A DNA stretch of 64,000 nt from Haliotis cracherodii (taxonomy: Eukaryota): assembly GCF_022045235.1 (NCBI RefSeq), contig NW_027266267.1, forward strand, positions 38,750,001-38,814,000, in the 5' to 3' direction. The notes under the pieces were generated by a model. The model saw only the letters and a list, made by a program, of their open reading frames with translations, was not told the DNA's origin and ran no database searches. Positions 53,301 through 64,000 of this stretch are shown piece by piece (positions within the stretch are counted from its first letter, which is position 1; the number at the start of each line of letters is the position of its first letter). A program made the position numbers and the translations under genes.

Positions 53301-54195
53301 ACGAATGACAAACTCCTTCACTTACACAAACATGAATGACAAACTCCTTCACTTACACGGACACGAATGACAAACTCCTTCACTTACACAGACACAAATG
53401 ACAAACTCCTTCACTTACACAGACACGAATGACAAACTCCTTCACTTACACAGACACGAATGACAAACTCCTTCACTTACACGGACACGAATGACGCTGC
53501 AATTCGTCGTTAGTGAATCTAACCTTACGTTAGTCATGCATGATCTTAGCTGACTGTCTATTTTTTATCAGTACCATAATATTAGCAACAACGACATTTA
53601 TAATGTGCATATTCATAAAGCGCCAAAACCACGCCCAAAAGCGGGCTCAGAGCGCCACATTTGTTTGATGTGTACGTTTCCTGGTTAATATGTACGACCT
53701 TCTGCATTGAGCTCGCTAACATATTTAGTGCAGTGGGAAAGCCTAAAAGTGATAACGCTTGCTCGAAGACTAAGAATTCGAATAGGGGCCAAATGTGTAA
53801 GGTCCATTAATATTACTGCTATTCCCCGCAGTGCTCCTTAAATCTGGCACCATCCAAACATAATATCATCACAAATTCAAATTGTCGTAATCATATTGTC
53901 GTTGTTATTTTGTTTTGCAGTGTCCAACACTGAAACAAAATGGCACAGTAGAGGGGTGTACCTTGGCACCGTAGCTACGAGCGTGACCGGCAAGACGTGT
54001 CAGAGATGGAAGGCCCAGGTGCCGCATGAACACCGCTTCAAGGGGCCCATCTTGAGGAGCCCTAGCGGCTTTGCCTCGGAGACTCTGGACGAGGCTGTCA
54101 ACTACTGCCGTGACCCCAGCGACGCCGGATTTATGTGGTGCTACACGATGGATCCACGGTCACGCTGGGAAAAATGTGATGTCCCCAAATGTTGA
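47345..54195 (+). CDS. Secreted Sushi/CCP + single kringle protein (215 aa, no protease domain); exons 47345-47462, 48376-48432, 50714-50911, 53921-54195
   Basis: All introns are GT-AG and phase 1. Signal peptide MDVGCVPLGLLLVGVSATCVIA; CCP exon CGQPP...ARYTCREG...C..SGLW...LKC; kringle exon YLGTVATSVTGKTCQRW...NYCRDP...WCYTMDPRSRWEKCDVPKC*. The 57-nt exon 2 is the least certain part. Confidence 0.82.
47505..48060 (+). pseudogene. 3' fragment of an RLE-type non-LTR retrotransposon (R4/Dong/NeSL-like)
   Basis: Frameshifted motifs C..C, YLKRHDGVAR, RPDL, EEKHGKY, LPIVFGAL and MQKAAVLGSLHILRKVL; adjacent to a (CAA)n run. Confidence 0.7.
49961..50043. mobile_element. Tiny piggyBac-like MITE
   Basis: TTAA|CCCTCTGGATG ... 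CATCCAGGGGG|TTAA. Confidence 0.5.
50960..51254 (+). pseudogene. mariner transposase 3' fragment with terminal repeat
   Basis: LAPSDYFLFRQMKSALRGRRFQDDKDIK..TEAWL, ending in aacttattgaacgcccctcg-TA. Confidence 0.85.
51695..53495. repeat. 31-bp minisatellite, ~58 copies, in intron 3 of the CCP-kringle gene
   Basis: Unit acaaactccttcacttacacagacacgaatg. Confidence 0.97.
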
Positions 54196-54559
54196 CAGTT
54201 TTGTTTTATGTTACGCCTGATACGCATGTGGCTGGTGGAAACAACATAAGCGTATGCCAAAACCATTCCAAGTTACGATAAAGAGTTTTGCGTCATTGTG
54301 TTTGTTTGTTTGTTTGTTTGTTTGTTTGTTTGTTTGTTTGTTTCTTGTTTAATGCCGCACTCACCAATATTCCAGCTATCCAGACAATCCAGGATTTCGG
54401 ACACGATGTCATGTATCAACCAAGTCAGCGAGCCTGACCACCGATCCCGTTAGTCGCCTCTTACGACAAGCTTTGTCGCCTTTTACAGCAAGCATTCTTG
54501 TCTTCGATTTTAAAACATTGGACACGAAACGAATTTGAAACACGAAGTTCTTAATTTCG

Positions 54560-54910
54560 TCTTTTTAGGAAAACCTCTCAATATGTTTGATGTCCTGTCA
54601 GGAAGACTTTACGAATTTGGACTGGTTTCGGAAAAAATCGTACAAAGAGAGATATATTGCTGGGTCCAGCAAATGTACCGCCAAATCCTTGTCTCAACAA
54701 TAAGTCATTATCCTTAATAATTTCAAGGAAACACTGTCTTTATATTCACAGACAGTATTTGAGACAAGAGTACATATAATACCATCTGGATTCTCAAAAA
54801 CTTAAATGATTTGCTTAACTTTTTACAATCTTAGAAAAGAATCAGGTTCCATTCTGTCAAAACATTTGATTTTTCCACTTTGTACACCACCGTCCCACAT
54901 AACACACTTG
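54560..54910 (+). pseudogene. Penelope-like reverse transcriptase fragment
   Basis: WILKN and SVKTFDFSTLYTTVPH motifs in a disrupted frame. Confidence 0.6.
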
Positions 54911-55744
54911 GACCTTCGTTACAAAACGTTTTGACCATAGATATAGTTACATATCTGTCTTTAGAGGTTCCGGCCAATTTCTCAACAATGAAAGCAAATT
55001 TACAACGGATGTATTAAGGCCTACAGGTACGTACATACGCACTTTATACATCGGCGTTTACCTCCTTGACCATTAACCTCCAATTCAGTTCAGTTCAGTG
55101 GTAATTGTTAGCGAACAATACATCAATTAACACCACCTCTCCACTCAATCCCCAGGGTAAATACTGTTGTACTATGCTCATGTGGAGAGCTTAAACCCCA
55201 CATCTTCCTCATATACACAGGCACCGACTTGCCGTGGAGTATCTGGCTCACGTAACGCCCGGTGTAACCCATGGTTTGTGTGTAGCCGAAGATAAACCGT
55301 ATAGAAACATCTCGGATTTAGGAACCGCAAGCACCCAAGTAAACATCATCATTGAGAGCTGATAGCATTAATGCAGTGCCGGGCATTGTATAGTTTAATG
55401 AACATTATGTACAACCTTATTGTGGCGACACTATTGACATGTGTGTCCCTTCTACAACCCCTTCGGACAGGCCACAGGGGGTGGCCTATTGTACATTACT
55501 GGGAGATCTGCAAACCAGATCTCAATGTTGACAACATATCTTACCTATATTTCAGGTACATTCGGACTGTGCGGCTTTGTTCCAAATAGGATAAGGATAA
55601 GTTTTATTCCATACTGAAAGGCCTCAGGCCCATTGTACAATTCTGTTTTCGGGAGTGGTGACGATATGTTTATCAGGTCGTATTCTAGTTAACATAGCAT
55701 GATAAATGAACATTGGTAGTTTTTTTATAGTATCTTTATCAGCT

Positions 55745-57620
55745 GTTGACATGATCGATTTACATTTTTGTTGAGTGGGGTGTACATAAAAGATCAATAT
55801 ATTTACTTCTTAGGTGGTCGTATTTTGGACAAACTAACAGAAAATGAAACTCATCTTTAATCACATTTAAACCAAATTGCTCACACATTCTCAATTCTCT
55901 GGCTCTGTTTCTATGTCGGCCTACTTCGATTCTAAGTCTATGAGAGCTGCATCTAATTGTGCCAAACTTATTCAAAACCTTTTTAATTTGATATCAAACA
56001 AATAGTATTCTGGGGAAATAGTTGACTTAAGAAGCTGGTAAGAATTGCATCTTTCTGAACTTAAAACATGCGATGACCATTTTTGTAAGTAAATATCGTT
56101 AAGTCTTTGGCGTATATATACTAAAAACGAATCTGGATTGTTAGGTACACATTGATTATGCCAAACATACCCATAGCCGCATTCATTTAATAACGACTTT
56201 ACATCATCTCCTCAATTGGGAATTCCATGTTTTTTAATTTTAAACTCATAATGAGGATTTAGATTTCCGACGATTGTCCAACATTCTTTCGACAACTTAA
56301 TCAATGTTATCTTCCAAATGTTTTTTTTCAAGAGATATAAGCTTCTTTTCCCTGCACGTGGTTTTGTAAAGATTTCTAATTTTTGTAAATTCCCTTAACG
56401 ACTGTAAATCTTTATCTCTTCTGAATTTGTTGAGGCATGTAGATCTCTCTTTTGTTAGTAACTGACATTCCCAAGCAAACTATTGTTGTGTTTTCTTATC
56501 CATGTGAGCTACTTTCTTCATTTCGTCACCAGCATAGGAGAGTACCTCACTAATAAACTCGATACTTTCATCAATATTTGTGACTACGACATCAACTGCT
56601 TTTTCAAAAAGTGATACAAACTTGTCTGAAGATAAGTTGCAAAGAAATATTTCTTCTTTATCAATTTTCCATTTAAATCTAAATGTACTTGCATAATTGA
56701 TATCACCATAACCATTGATGTCTGAGTGAAGCGTACACGTACGTAAAGACATTGTTATAAGAAAATGTTGCGACTCGTAACGTGTGTCCATGTCGAATGT
56801 TTTACAGAGTTCAAACATATGTACGGTGGAGATATTGTAGTCATTTACGCTGACCCTGTACTACTAATGAATGTATAGTCCCCAACACCAGCGTCACTGT
56901 CAAATCGACCATTCATAATATGAATATTTAAGACAAAGCAAAGGTTCAACAAACATTTACCAAACTTATTCAAAATAATATCAGCAGAGTAGCCATCAAA
57001 ATAGTCTATCAAGAAAATCCAAGACGAGTTATCACGACCTTCAAAATAATCCAAAATATCGTCTTCCACAAAGTCGGGGTCGGACCCTGTTCTGCAAATA
57101 AAATATCCACACATCCCCCCAAAAACAACAACAACAACAACAACAATATAAAAAAATAAAATAAATAAAATGTCATCGATCTGATTTAAAATATACAGGA
57201 GCTCGTCTTGGAACATCAGTACACCATTTCTAGAAGTAGCACGTTTATCATAATAGGTTGAGTCTTCTGGGTGTGCATACGCACAACAGAACAGGACATT
57301 TGTTTCAGTACCAAACCGTAATTTATCTAATACAATGTAAATACCACTTTCTTACCAACTCCGTTTAATATATTTTTTCAGCTGTTTTCTAACCATAACT
57401 ATGATACCGTCAGAGATCTAGAGTCTCCCTGCTTCTGCTGACTTATCACCTGGGCTATTATGATATAAATATTATATGTAATCAGCCAACTTGTTCTGGA
57501 AGTCAAACTTCTGAATCTTTGTGAGGCCTACAATGTCAAATGAATGTAAATATAAAACAAAGTCACTGTCTTCTAATTTAGATTTGAATCCAGATATATT
57601 CCAATATAAGAGCTTTATTG
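55745..57620 (-). pseudogene. Decayed APE-type LINE (CR1/L2/Daphne-like): endonuclease and C-terminal CCHC region; RT core not seen
   Basis: YWNISGFKSKL...DIVGLT; NKFGKCLLNLC...IMNGR..GDYTFISSTGS; RCSSHRLRIEVGRH...DEFHFLLVCPKY. Confidence 0.8.
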
Positions 57621-60164
57621 TAGGAGAGTCATCACTTTTTAAATCCTCACTCTTGGTATGGGCCCCGGCCACACCCCTAGGAAGTGCGGTCCTGCTGGCT
57701 GCCCCTAGAGCTGGTAGCCTGACTGCGGGTTGTGGGGCGTGAACACCCCTCGTTCCTGGTTGAATTGTTGATTCTGTCAGAGACCCCACCTTTTCTCCCA
57801 TCCGTGACCTTGATTGAAGCGTGTGTAACCTGTTTGGGTGCTGACACAATTTACCACCTATATTAAAATAATGTTAAGATGTGATATAACGCCCAGTACG
57901 ATACGGATCGGTTATCAAATACAATGTACAGTAAAACCCCGTTACTGCAGACAATGAAAGCGAACCTGTTTTGAAAACAACCTCTGAGTTTATAAAAGAC
58001 CGGATTAACGAATCTAGAATCGTATCGATGTCCTTTTACTAATATATAACACGGCCCAACTCTAACTGTGTCCTAACTAACAGGGTTGCGTTGAAAAATT
58101 AATTAGCTACTTAACCTGTGACGATCCGCTTCAGACTAGGTCTTCAGCAACCCATGCTTGTCGTAAGAGGCGACTATGCTTGTCGTAAGAGGACACTAAC
58201 GGGATCGGGTGGTCAGGCTCGCTGACTTGGTTGTTGCATGTCATCGTTTCCAAACCGTGTGGGTCTATGCTCATGCTATCAATCACTGGATTGTCTGGTC
58301 CAGACTCGATTATTTACAGACCGCCGTCATATAGCTGGAATATTGATGATTGCGGCGTAAAACAACACACCAACCAACCAAACAATCGTATACCCAAAGG
58401 GGGACAAATTACATTTGAAATTTGGTTTGGGTATTTATTGAGGTTATCAATTTCTTTATTGGGAAAGGGTTATCATATTCTGAACCAATTGACCGTGTTA
58501 GTGGAAAATAGAAATTGAAATCAAGGTACGTTGTAAAAGTGAAAGTTTCAGTCAGCTACTTAATAGATTATGTGATTACTGCGGGAGAGTGGTATCAGTT
58601 TGAAATGAAATAATTTAATATGTGTTTAATTCTACAGACACTCTCATCACGATTATACAGTGTATAACACAATGTTGACCGGGGCGTTAAACAACCAACG
58701 AACAAACACAACTCTGTATTGACTGACCATGTGTGTGTCTGTGTGTGTGTGTCTGTGTATACACACCATATATAGGGAGTTGCGTCCCTTGAGCACACCA
58801 GAATCCTATGATCCTGGCTTCGAATCCGGGTTATTATCGCCGCTATTGTGTTTCCAGTTTTGTCAGCACCATACCCGTTCTCGTGGATTTCACCACAGTG
58901 ATAAAAATCTAAGACCTGCATAACTTTGGGCTTTCTCCCACATTAAACTGACATACCGTGATATGACTGGAATACGGTTCAAACCGGCGTTAAACCCAAC
59001 TCTCTCACTCTGCGTGGCCACATTATCAGAAACAGTGGTCAACAACCTCCCGTGCGGACAGCTTTTTACATAAAACAGACAATCAGGGTAATGCAGCTTA
59101 GAATGTGTGACGTACGTGTGTGTTAATGAAGCGGTTTTGTGACAATAGGGACATATCATTGTGCTGACCACTCCCGCCCTGCAGGTGACAATACCACCTT
59201 ACCTAGGATAGCAGCGTCCGCTACAAGAACGGCATTATCAGTAATTTGCGGTACAATTCAGCCGAGATTATGTGATAATCCAATAATCCAGGATTATGTC
59301 AGTACTAATTTAGTTTATTAGGGATCATCGTTTTAATGAGTTTAAATCATAATTCCTTGTTTATGTAAATACTGAAAACAAGTGACCCTATTACAGATTG
59401 GCGTCCTCACTGTCGGCTTTTTTCGACTTGCCGATTATGAGGATAAGTTCATGCAGCAGCCTTCGAACAAGACCAGGATCACTGTAGCTTCGTGTGTAAT
59501 ATTACATAATTGTTTATTGGGTATGCAATAAGATATGTAATGCGGTCCTACTAAATGGCATTTGAATGCATTTTATGCATGGGCGAATAATAATGTCAAT
59601 CATTAATAATATTGTTTGTAATATAAGTTTGTTGACATACAATTTATACAATGGCACAAACAATGATTATTTTTGTTACCATGAACATATGGAGGTCAAA
59701 AATTGTGTATTAATAAATCAAGCAAAAACATGTATATACGTCGTGTATTCACTCATGCGCAATAGGCTTTATATAGAAAACATTGACTTATGAAACAATC
59801 TACCTGGTTCGAGGTCGAAATGCAATAACTTTCTCTGACAGGTCATTGTGTTCGAAAAGTTTCAAGTTACAACAATTATTGACTCTATGTGACATACATA
59901 CATCACCAGCACATTCCCTTAACTTATCAAGATACGTCTATCCGGCGTGAATGTTATTCATTGATAGAAGTACGTTGCCTAGTTCAAAGAAACTTTCGAG
60001 TAAATTACTTAAAACAATATATGTTAGTTATGAGAGGATTAGGTATCAGAGTTAAAAGACTTATGGGTTTAACATTCGTTTTCGTTCCATGTGGGTTCTG
60101 GCATTGGTTCAAGTGTACCGAAACATTGCTTTGAGAGAACAAAGAAGTTCAATTCATTACGTAG

Positions 60165-60950
60165 CCCCTGAAATTCCGGGGTAGAAAAGGTCTTCAGCAA
60201 TCCCATGCTAGTCTCCCCCTGTGAATATCCGGGGTAGAAAAGATCTTCAGCAATCCATGCTAGTCTCCCCCTGTGAAGATCCGGGATAGAATAGGTCTTC
60301 AGCAACCCATGCTAGTCTCGCCCCGTGAAGATCCGGGGTAGAATAGGTCTTCAGCGACCCATGCTAGTCTCCCCCCGTGAAGATCCGGGGAAGAATAGGT
60401 CTTCAGCAAAAAACCCATGCTAGTCTCCCCCGTGAAGATCCGGGGTAGAATAGGTCTTCAGCAAAAAACCCATGCTAGTCTCCCCCGTGAGATCCGGGGT
60501 AGAATAGGTCTTCAGCAACCCATGCTAGTCTCCCCATGTGAATTTCCGGGTTTGAATAGGTCTTCAGCAACCCATGCTAGTCTCGCCCCGTGAAGATCCG
60601 GGGTAGAATAGGTCTTCAGCAAAAAACCCATGCTAGTCTCCCCCGTGAAGATCCGGGGTAGAATAGGTCTTCAGTAAAAAAACCATGCTAGTCTCCCCCG
60701 TGAGATCCGGGGTAGAATAGGTCTTCAGCAACCCATGCTAGTCTCCCCATGTGAATTTCCGGGTTTGAATAGGTCTTCAGCAACCCATGCTAGTCTCCCC
60801 CTGTGAATTTCCGGGGTAGAAAAGGTCTTCATCAACCCATGCTAGTCTCCCCCCGTGAAGATCCGGGGTAGAATAGGTCTTCAGCAACCCATGCTAGTCT
60901 CCCCCCGTGAAGATCCGGGGTAGAATAGGTCCTCAGCGAACCATGCTTGC
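60165..60950 (+). repeat. Tandem array (~15 copies of 51-57 bp) of the 5' head of retroposon family 1, running into a full-length copy that ends at ~61165
   Basis: Unit ccccgtgaagatccggggtagaataggtcttcagcaacccatgctagtct. Confidence 0.93.
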
Positions 60951-61499
60951 CGTAAGAGGCGACTAACGGGATCGGGTGGTCAGGCTCGCTGCCTTGGTTG
61001 ATGCATGTCATCGTATCCCAATTGCGTGGATCGATGCTCATGATGTCAATCACTGGATTGTCTGGTCAAGACTCGATTATTTACAGACCGCCGTCATATA
61101 GCTGGAATATTGCTGAGTGCGGCGTTAAACAGCAAAGAACTAAACAAACAAACAAACAAACAACTATCCATTACTTAAGTCTCCTTCATCTGACTAATTA
61201 CTAGAACATATTTGTCCAAGTTAAAGTGGTATCTACCTGCACCAGCATTTCGACGGTTCATGTGCACGGTCCATGAATATATAACACATCAAGTTCACCG
61301 GCTCTGTTGCTTCAGTTTGTGTGTACTCGAAAATGTATAATCCAGTTTTGTTTACTAAACTATACATAGATTAATGACATTCTTAGCTGCTTGGATTAAC
61401 CGATTATACGCCATATCTCTAAATCGGATCAGAACAGGCTCGGCGGACAATCCGTCACCCGCCATCGGCATTTGGACAGAAAATCAATGATTCCAGCAG

Positions 61500-61548
61500 T
61501 GACGTCAAAACGAGATCGGAAGGTCACGTGACGTGTGGCTATATATAT
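61500..61548 (+). promoter_or_regulatory. Core promoter: CRE (TGACGTCA 61500-61507), palindromic E-box GTCACGTGAC (61523-61532), TATA (61540-61547)
   Basis: Exact motifs clustered 40-85 nt upstream of the ATG at 61584. Confidence 0.5.
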
Positions 61549-61583
61549 GAGTGTGAGGCGGTGGACCTCTTCAAAGAGTAACG

Positions 61584-62437
61584 ATGAAAATACGTTGGAA
61601 GGAACCACTTATACTAGCCCTTATCGCAGCCTTAGGGTGTCAGTTAGCGAGTGCTGCAGGTATAGTTTATACCATTTTTTCTTCACCAAATGACTTGAAA
61701 TTTGAACATGATGCATTTGTTCGTACTTCGATAGAATAGGTCTTCAGCAACCCATGCTTGCCGTAAAAGGCGACTATGCTTGTCAGAAGCGACTAACGGG
61801 ATTGGGTGGTCAGACTCGCTGATCTGGTTGTTGCATGTCATCGTATCCTAATTGCGTGGATCGATGCTCATGATGTCAATCACTGGATTGTCTGGTCCAG
61901 ACTCGATTATTTACAGATCGCCGTCATATAGCTGGAATATTGCTGGGTGCAGCGTTAATCAACAAACAAACAGTAGTTTTAACTTTAAATGGCATTGTGT
62001 ATTCATAGGAAGTCTTTAATGTAATGTTATATTTCCCAATGTGAGATAGTTCTCTGACATTTTTGTAGATAAAACCAACATATCATGTAAGGCGAGGCTA
62101 ATTTGTTTTATCAATTGTAAGTTAGTATTGTTTTACGTCGGCTTTGGAGACTCTCATGAGACGCTATGGTGGACGTCGGTCTTCTGTGTGTCCTCTAGCA
62201 CTTGCTTAAATGTCATAGCTATATCCTGAATACTTGTACGTAACTGCGTCGGCAAATCTACATGATAAACTTTATATCTAATGTGAAATTAAGACCTGTG
62301 CGTTCTCCTTGTGGAACTGTACATAGCACTATATGGACTGAAACGAAGAGCTTTGTTTCCAGAATCCTCAGTGCTCTACATTGAGCCTAGTCATGGCAGC
62401 ACGAACGGCGAGACCCGCATCACCATCACCGGACGAA
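61584..62437 (+). CDS. PKHD1L1: 5' end of a fibrocystin-L (PKHD1L1)-like IPT/TIG-repeat protein; exons 61584-61659 and 62363-62437, continuing beyond the window
   Basis: Signal-peptide exon MKIRWKEPLILALIAALGCQLASAA, then a phase-1 exon ESSVLYIEPSHGSTNGETRITITGR that matches the start of an IPT/TIG domain directly after the signal peptide, as in fibrocystin-L. Only about 50 aa are visible. Confidence 0.6.
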
Positions 62438-62504
62438 GTGAGTACTGGGGGCGGGGGGTGTCAGCGTTTGGGTGGGTAGGTGTGTGGGTGGGTGGTGCTC
62501 GACA

Positions 62505-62649
62505 CAGACAGAGAGGCAGAGACAGAAGCAGCGAGAGGAAGAGAGAGAGAGTGAGTGAGTGAGAGAGAGAGACAGAGAGGAAGAGAGAGGAGAGACAGGG
62601 AGAGGGACAGGCAAACGGACAGATAGATAGACAAAGACAGAATGATAAT

Positions 62650-62690
<41 letters not shown>

Positions 62691-62710
62691 GGGGGGGGGG
62701 GGGGGGAGAG
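62505..62710. repeat. (GA)n-rich microsatellite and poly-G
   Basis: Direct inspection. Other simple repeats: (CT)n 46778-46823, (CAA)n 47475-47500, (TTTG)n 54298-54342, poly-C 40269-40292. Confidence 0.9.
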
Positions 62711-62834
62711 AGTGTTAACCTCACTCGGATTTTAAAGCCAGAAATACGTCAAATAAACATTATAATGAACTTATTTATAGCTCGTTTATAGCATCCTGTA
62801 TCAATGATACAAAATCGCATATACCAAAAATACA

Positions 62835-63305
62835 CCTGGTATACAATACTATAATACGTAATGTATACAACCCATCAGTTCATTATGTATACAACCCAGC
62901 AGTTCGTCATGCATACAACACTATAATACGTCATGTATACAACACTACAATGCGTCATGTATACAACACTACAATACGCCATGTATACAACACTACAATG
63001 CGTCATGTATACAACACTACAATACGCCATGTATACAACACTACAGTGCGTAATGTAAACAACCCAGCAGTTCATCATGTATACAATACTACAATACGTC
63101 ATGTATACAACACTACAATGCGTCATGTATACAACCCAGCAGTTTGTCATGTATACAACACTATAATACGTCCTGTATACAACACTAAAATATGTCATGT
63201 ATACAACCAAGCAGTTCGTCATGTATACAACACTATAAAACGTCATGTATACAATACTACAATACGTCATGTATACAACCCAGCAGTTCGTCATGTATAC
63301 AACCT
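62835..63305. repeat. 24-bp minisatellite, ~19 copies
   Basis: Unit cgtcatgtatacaacactacaatg; it explains the RHVYNTTI / MTYCSVVY ORFs. Confidence 0.92.
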
Positions 63306-64000
63306 AGAATTACTGAATGTTTACTACTAAGCAGTACATGTATAAACCACACCAATGCGTCACGTCTCCATCCCAGTATTACGTCACGTATATTATCAAG
63401 CATAACGTCACGTATACAACCTAGCAATACGTCATGTACACCAGCAAGCAATACGTTGTGTACACGTGATAAGTTCACATAATTACTGGTATACATGTTC
63501 ACTCGCGTTTGTCAACCTACCATTGAAACAGACTATGTTGTTGGCAATAGTTTTACCAATCCCTCCCACAAAGAATTAAGCGTCATTTCAAAGTTACGCA
63601 TCAACGCGTAACATGACGAATCATAAGAATGCAAGTGCGTATACCTATAGCACCTTAACGTACACATATTAATCTTCATGGCCAAGTTTTACCGGAGAAG
63701 CCGCCATGCTGGGAGCCATACCCCGAGCTCATTACCATCAGAGTACGACATACAACAATGAGGTAATTACCCTCCGGGTAATGTATTATGAATAGCCAAT
63801 CTACCCTCTGAATGGGGTATTTAATTAATAAGGCTAATACAGGTTGTAAACAGCTCCGAATAAGCCAGCCATGACCTTGTACATGTGTGAATGCCAGGGT
63901 TACCATCAACGCCATCATGCTGGAGCGAGGGAGTCAGTTATTAGTCACACCTCAGCGAGCCAGCTTATGTGGGAGTCTTAGCTATAGCTAAATACGTTAT

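Noticed and set aside
62875-63330. 139-aa and 126-aa repeat ORFs
   Set aside because: They come from a 24-bp intronic minisatellite open on both strands, with no splice or homology support.

Overview
Eukaryotic, intron-rich animal DNA (~39% GC by eye, four N-gaps). The SINE content suggests a mollusc, probably a gastropod such as abalone; this is inference. I assembled six spliced genes by hand from GT-AG junctions. (1-3) Three 5-exon paralogs on + (3344-6881, 15646-21870, 39601-45293) encode ~200-aa proteins: signal peptide, a domain resembling the luminal N-terminal (GOLD-type) domain of TMEM145/GPR180, then a GPI-signal-like tail, with no 7TM region. (4) A minus-strand multi-pass membrane protein (TspO/MBR-like family), 27440-25815, lies between paralogs 2 and 3. 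(5) A small secreted Sushi/CCP + kringle protein, 47345-54195. (6) The first two exons of a fibrocystin-L/PKHD1L1-like gene, from 61584. The rest is four SINE-like families, MITEs, decayed Tc1/mariner, LINE, RLE and Penelope fragments, and several minisatellites, including a 5-kb array of splice-donor-bearing units. Two observations stand out. One is the stand-alone, probably GPI-anchored TMEM145-ectodomain gene family, with exon-specific homogenisation. The other is an abundant retroposon with no tRNA head, whose target-site-duplication-defined 5' end is fixed at the first base of a predicted H-type pseudoknot plus hairpin module. That module is a candidate self-processing or structured RNA, and it has been amplified into a tandem array at 60.2-60.9 kb.
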